This document shows positions 37,860 to 40,756 of a stretch of 40,756 nucleotides of DNA, piece after piece. Source of the DNA: Actinomycetota bacterium (GTDB taxonomy: Bacteria > Actinomycetota > Actinomycetes > S36-B12 > UBA5976); NCBI GenBank assembly GCA_041181865.1, contig JBEGOT010000014.1, positions 1 through 40,756 on the forward strand. The letters are read 5' to 3'. Numbering within the stretch: the first letter of the stretch is position 1; every line of letters starts with the position of its first letter. The notes under the pieces were generated by a model, which worked only from the letters and a program-made list of their open reading frames with translations, had not been told where the DNA came from and made no database searches. The position numbers and the translations under genes were made by a program.

Positions 37860-38126
37860 TTAACGCCAACGGGTGGAAAGGGCGAATCCAATTCCGATAA
37901 AACCAAAGCCGATTAGCACGTTAACTAGATTGCTTAGGTCTTTCATTACTGGCACTTGGCTACCAACTAGGTAAAAAATTACGATCCAAATTAAACCCAG
38001 AACAAACATGGTCACCATAGTTGGCACAAGCCAAGCTGGGCTGCCGATCTTCACTGGATTAACAGGTCCAGTTGTTGGTGGCACATAAGCCGGTTTAAGT
38101 GATTTACGCTTTTTAGAAATTGGCAT
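37860..38126 (-). CDS. crgA: Cell division protein CrgA
   Basis: 88 aa. MPISKKRKS basic N-terminus and two TM helices, the typical CrgA size and layout. Confidence 0.85.
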   Translation of the reverse strand: MPISKKRKSLKPAYVPPTTGPVNPVKIGSPAWLVPTMVTMFVLGLIWIVIFYLVGSQVPVMKDLSNLVNVLIGFGFIGIGFALSTRWR

Positions 38127-38138
38127 AACTTAACCTTA

Positions 38139-38945
38139 CTATTGCCCGATCAATGCATTTAGCACTTGTTGATTTCTTACAAAGACCAAAGCAAGCAGTA
38201 TCACGGCAATTGCAACCATTCCAGTCAATCGCATTTGTCGACGGCCATGAGTTTGCAAGTAGGCCGTTGCGGCCCCGACAATTGCGCCACCTAGATGTGC
38301 GCGCCAATCGATTCCGGCACTTGCGAAACCAATCACTACGTTTAGAACTAACAAAGTCATTAGTTGTGAAACGTCTGCGCGAAGTTCGCGGCCAATCACA
38401 ATCGTTGCGGTCATTAATCCAAAGATCGCACCGGATGCACCAACTGAAACTGTTGCTATATCTGAAAAATAATATGAAACTACATTTCCACCAATTGCAG
38501 AAAACAAATAAATTACTGCAAATTGAGCGTGACCAAGGAGTCGCTCAAGTTGTGGTCCGAGCCAATAGAGCGCGTACATATTAAATGCCAAGTGCAATAT
38601 CCCACCGTGCAAGAATGCCGCGCTAACTAATCGCCACCACTGACCACTTGCAATTGCTTCAGGCACCATGCCAAATTGCACAGCCATGTAGCTAACGCCA
38701 CCATTAAGAAGTGTGTAGAAAAGTGCACCAACACAAATTCCAATTATGTATTTTGAAACAACTGGAATTTGGTTGTTGCTAACACCAAAACTTGCTTTGA
38801 CTTTTGGTGCTTTGTTTTGTCCAACACATTCAACACATTGAAAACCTACCGGTGCACTGACCATACATTCTGGGCAAATGTGTTGACCACAACGTGAACA
38901 ATTTATATATGTTTCACGGTCAGGGTGCCGGTAGCAAAAACTCAT
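38139..38945 (-). CDS. Rhomboid family intramembrane serine protease with an N-terminal zinc-ribbon
   Basis: 268 aa. CYRHP...CSRCG...CPEC...CVEC cysteine pairs. Rhomboid catalytic motifs are GASGAIFG and a downstream AHLGG histidine. Confidence 0.88.
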   Translation of the reverse strand: MSFCYRHPDRETYINCSRCGQHICPECMVSAPVGFQCVECVGQNKAPKVKASFGVSNNQIPVVSKYIIGICVGALFYTLLNGGVSYMAVQFGMVPEAIASGQWWRLVSAAFLHGGILHLAFNMYALYWLGPQLERLLGHAQFAVIYLFSAIGGNVVSYYFSDIATVSVGASGAIFGLMTATIVIGRELRADVSQLMTLLVLNVVIGFASAGIDWRAHLGGAIVGAATAYLQTHGRRQMRLTGMVAIAVILLALVFVRNQQVLNALIGQ

Positions 38946-38963
38946 ATTTTAAAGAATAATTTC

Positions 38964-39485
38964 TTAGCTACGAGTAACAGTAGTTTTATTGATAACTACG
39001 TCTTCAACTGGACGATCCATCGCGCCTGTTGCCACATTTGCAATCGCATCAACCACATCGCGGCTTTCTTGATCCGCAACTTCACCAAAGATGGTGTGTT
39101 TGAAGTTAAGCCAAGTAGTTGGTGCAACAGTGATGAAGAACTGTGAACCGTTTGTGTTTGGTCCAGCATTTGCCATTGCAAGTAAGTAAGGCTTGTCGAA
39201 AACTAGTTCTGGATGAGGTTCATCTGCAAACTTGAAACCTGGGCCACCAATACCCTGACCAAGCGGGTCGCCACCTTGAATCATGAAACCAGGAATGATG
39301 CGGTGGAAAATTGTGCCATCGTATAGCGGCTTAGTTGTTGCTGCATTAGTACGTGGATCAGTCCACTCTAGAGTTCCTTCGGCTAATCCAAGAATTGTCT
39401 TAACAGTTTTAGGTGCATGGTTGTCGAAAATGTTAATTCGAATATCGCCATGGTTTGTGTGAAGTGTGAATAAAGTTGCCATCAT
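38964..39485 (-). CDS. ppiA: Peptidyl-prolyl cis-trans isomerase, cyclophilin type
   Basis: 173 aa with FHRIIPGFMIQGGDP and NGSQFFIT. Confidence 0.93.
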   Translation of the reverse strand: MMATLFTLHTNHGDIRINIFDNHAPKTVKTILGLAEGTLEWTDPRTNAATTKPLYDGTIFHRIIPGFMIQGGDPLGQGIGGPGFKFADEPHPELVFDKPYLLAMANAGPNTNGSQFFITVAPTTWLNFKHTIFGEVADQESRDVVDAIANVATGAMDRPVEDVVINKTTVTRS

Positions 39486-39521
39486 TTTCTTTCCGGAGTT
39501 GAAATTAATCTTGCTTAAATA

Positions 39522-39557
39522 ATTCTGGGGTCATTCTTGGTTGAATGACCCCAGAAT
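39522..39557 (-). terminator. Probable intrinsic terminator downstream of rplI
   Basis: 15-bp perfect stem attctggggtcattc / gaatgaccccagaat with a 6-nt loop, 14 nt past the rplI stop. The trailing T-tract on the minus strand is weak (ttatttaa). Confidence 0.65.
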
Positions 39558-39570
39558 CTAATTTATTTAG

Positions 39571-40014
39571 TTACTTCTTCTTACCGCGAACATCGACAGT
39601 AATTTGAGCAACTACATCTGGATGCAGGCGAACTGCAACACTGTGCTTGCCAGCAAGTTTGATTGGAGAAGAAAGGACAATCTTGCGCTTATCAACTTCA
39701 ACACTCTTGATTGCATCAGCTATGTCGCCAACAGTTACTGAACCAAACAGACGACCTTCTTCGCCAGCACGTGCATTAAGCACTACTGCTGATGATTCCA
39801 AGGCAGCCTTGATTTCAAGTGCATGGTCACGGTCGCGCACAGCACGCTTGTTACGTGCACGCTTGATTTGAGTTACTTGCTTTTCGCCGCCGCGAGTCCA
39901 AGCTGTTGCAAGACCCTTTGGCATTAGGAAGTTACGGCCGTAACCATCTTTAACTTCAACTACGTCACCTGCGGCACCTAAGCCATTAACTTCTTGAGTC
40001 AAAATAAGTTTCAT
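39571..40014 (-). CDS. rplI: 50S ribosomal protein L9
   Basis: 147 aa. [36 protein letters not shown] is the canonical L9 N-terminus. Confidence 0.95.
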   Translation of the reverse strand: MKLILTQEVNGLGAAGDVVEVKDGYGRNFLMPKGLATAWTRGGEKQVTQIKRARNKRAVRDRDHALEIKAALESSAVVLNARAGEEGRLFGSVTVGDIADAIKSVEVDKRKIVLSSPIKLAGKHSVAVRLHPDVVAQITVDVRGKKK

Positions 40015-40028
40015 TTTTCAAATACTCC

Positions 40029-40265
40029 TTATCGTGCAGTTGAGGTGTAAGGCAGAAGTGCAATTTCACGTGCGTTTTTAACCGCATTTGAAATATCGCG
40101 CTGGTGCTGGGTGCAGTTGCCAGTTACTCGACGAGCGCGGATCTTGCCGCGATCAGAAATAAATTTGCGAAGTAGTGCAGTGTCTTTGTAATCGATAGCT
40201 GCGCTGTCTTCTTTGCAGAATGCACAAGCCTTTGGCTTGAACTTACGTACTGGTGGCTTTGCCAT
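40029..40265 (-). CDS. rpsR: 30S ribosomal protein S18
   Basis: 78 aa with [26 protein letters not shown], the canonical S18 core. Confidence 0.95.
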   Translation of the reverse strand: MAKPPVRKFKPKACAFCKEDSAAIDYKDTALLRKFISDRGKIRARRVTGNCTQHQRDISNAVKNAREIALLPYTSTAR

Positions 40266-40340
40266 TGTGGTGCTCTCCTAATTTGAGCCCGGATTACTCC
40301 GGAATGGTTTATCTAAAAATAGATTGGTTAAAAGTGATAC

Positions 40341-40756
40341 CTAGAAAGGTGGTTCGTCGTTCGATACTGGTGCGGCCCATGGATCATCAGCAGGTGCGCT
40401 TGCGCCACCGCCATTAAATCCACCACCGTCAGTCCGAGTTACTCGAGAAACTTTTGCGGTTGCGTTACGTAATGCTGGACCGACATCGTCAACATCCATT
40501 TCAACTACAGTGCGCTTTTCGCCCTCTTTAGTTTCATATGAACGTTGCTTTAGTCGACCAGTAACCAAAACGCGGGTGCCTTTAGTTAAAGACTCAGCTA
40601 CGTTTTCGGCATACTGACGCCAAACGCTGCAACGCAAGAACAGAGTGTCGCCATCTTTCCATTCATTGGAGTTGCGATCTAAAACACGAGTTGTTGAAGC
40701 AACTGTGAAAGAAGCTACGGCTTGTCCATTTGGAGTAAAGCGTAGTTCTGGATCAC
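40341..40756 (-). CDS. ssb: Single-stranded DNA-binding protein, C-terminal part; the 5' end lies right of the window
   Basis: The track lists only a TTG-started fragment. Extending the frame to the window edge gives [56 protein letters not shown]... (OB fold), then a Gly-rich linker and the acidic DEPPF tail. Confidence 0.92.
   Translation of the reverse strand, partial: DPELRFTPNGQAVASFTVASTTRVLDRNSNEWKDGDTLFLRCSVWRQYAENVAESLTKGTRVLVTGRLKQRSYETKEGEKRTVVEMDVDDVGPALRNATAKVSRVTRTDGGGFNGGGASAPADDPWAAPVSNDEPPF

Noticed and set aside
1-40756. Scan for CRISPR arrays, transposases or IS ends, toxin-antitoxin pairs, restriction-modification genes or other defence genes.
   Set aside because: I saw no regularly spaced direct repeats, no transposase, integrase or nuclease-like ORFs, and no small paired ORFs. 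Gaps are too short to hide such elements: apart from the two tRNA-containing gaps, the largest are 242 bp at 1822-2063 and 206 bp at 16765-16970.

Overview
This is a very gene-dense bacterial chromosomal window: about 42 CDS, 2 tRNA-Ser genes and gaps mostly under 130 bp. Gene content and order are typical of Actinobacteria. The window holds the fhaA-fhaB-pstP-rodA-pbpA-pknB block, trpG, a DUF881 gene, crgA, a rhomboid gene, ppiA, the ssb-rpsR-rplI block, serS, pheA and topA. The GC content is unusually low for that phylum, roughly 42-53% on lines I hand-counted. Together with the compaction, this fits a streamlined low-GC actinobacterium such as freshwater acI/Nanopelagicales-like lineages; that assignment is inference only.

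The centre (16.1-27.6 kb) is a large nucleoside uptake and salvage cluster. It contains upp, a BMP-type ABC importer, cdd, deoA, a cupin gene, add, deoC and a phosphosugar mutase.

The ORF track misses two genes truncated by the window edges. I recovered both by translating the minus strand: topA at 1-1821 and ssb at 40341-40756.

I see no CRISPR array, transposase, integrase, prophage or recognisable defence system, and no DNA-binding transcription factor is encoded anywhere in the window.

The features most worth follow-up are:
- an AT-rich orphan 8-TM histidine-kinase gene next to tRNA-Ser(GCT);
- a complete SET-domain methyltransferase gene;
- a membrane-anchored I78-type peptidase-inhibitor domain protein;
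- a cupin lacking metal ligands, translationally coupled to add inside the nucleoside operon;
- a structured, GTGA-repeat-rich upp/bmpA intergenic region.

Most of the window is conserved housekeeping sequence. I found no clear evidence of a wholly new multi-gene system.
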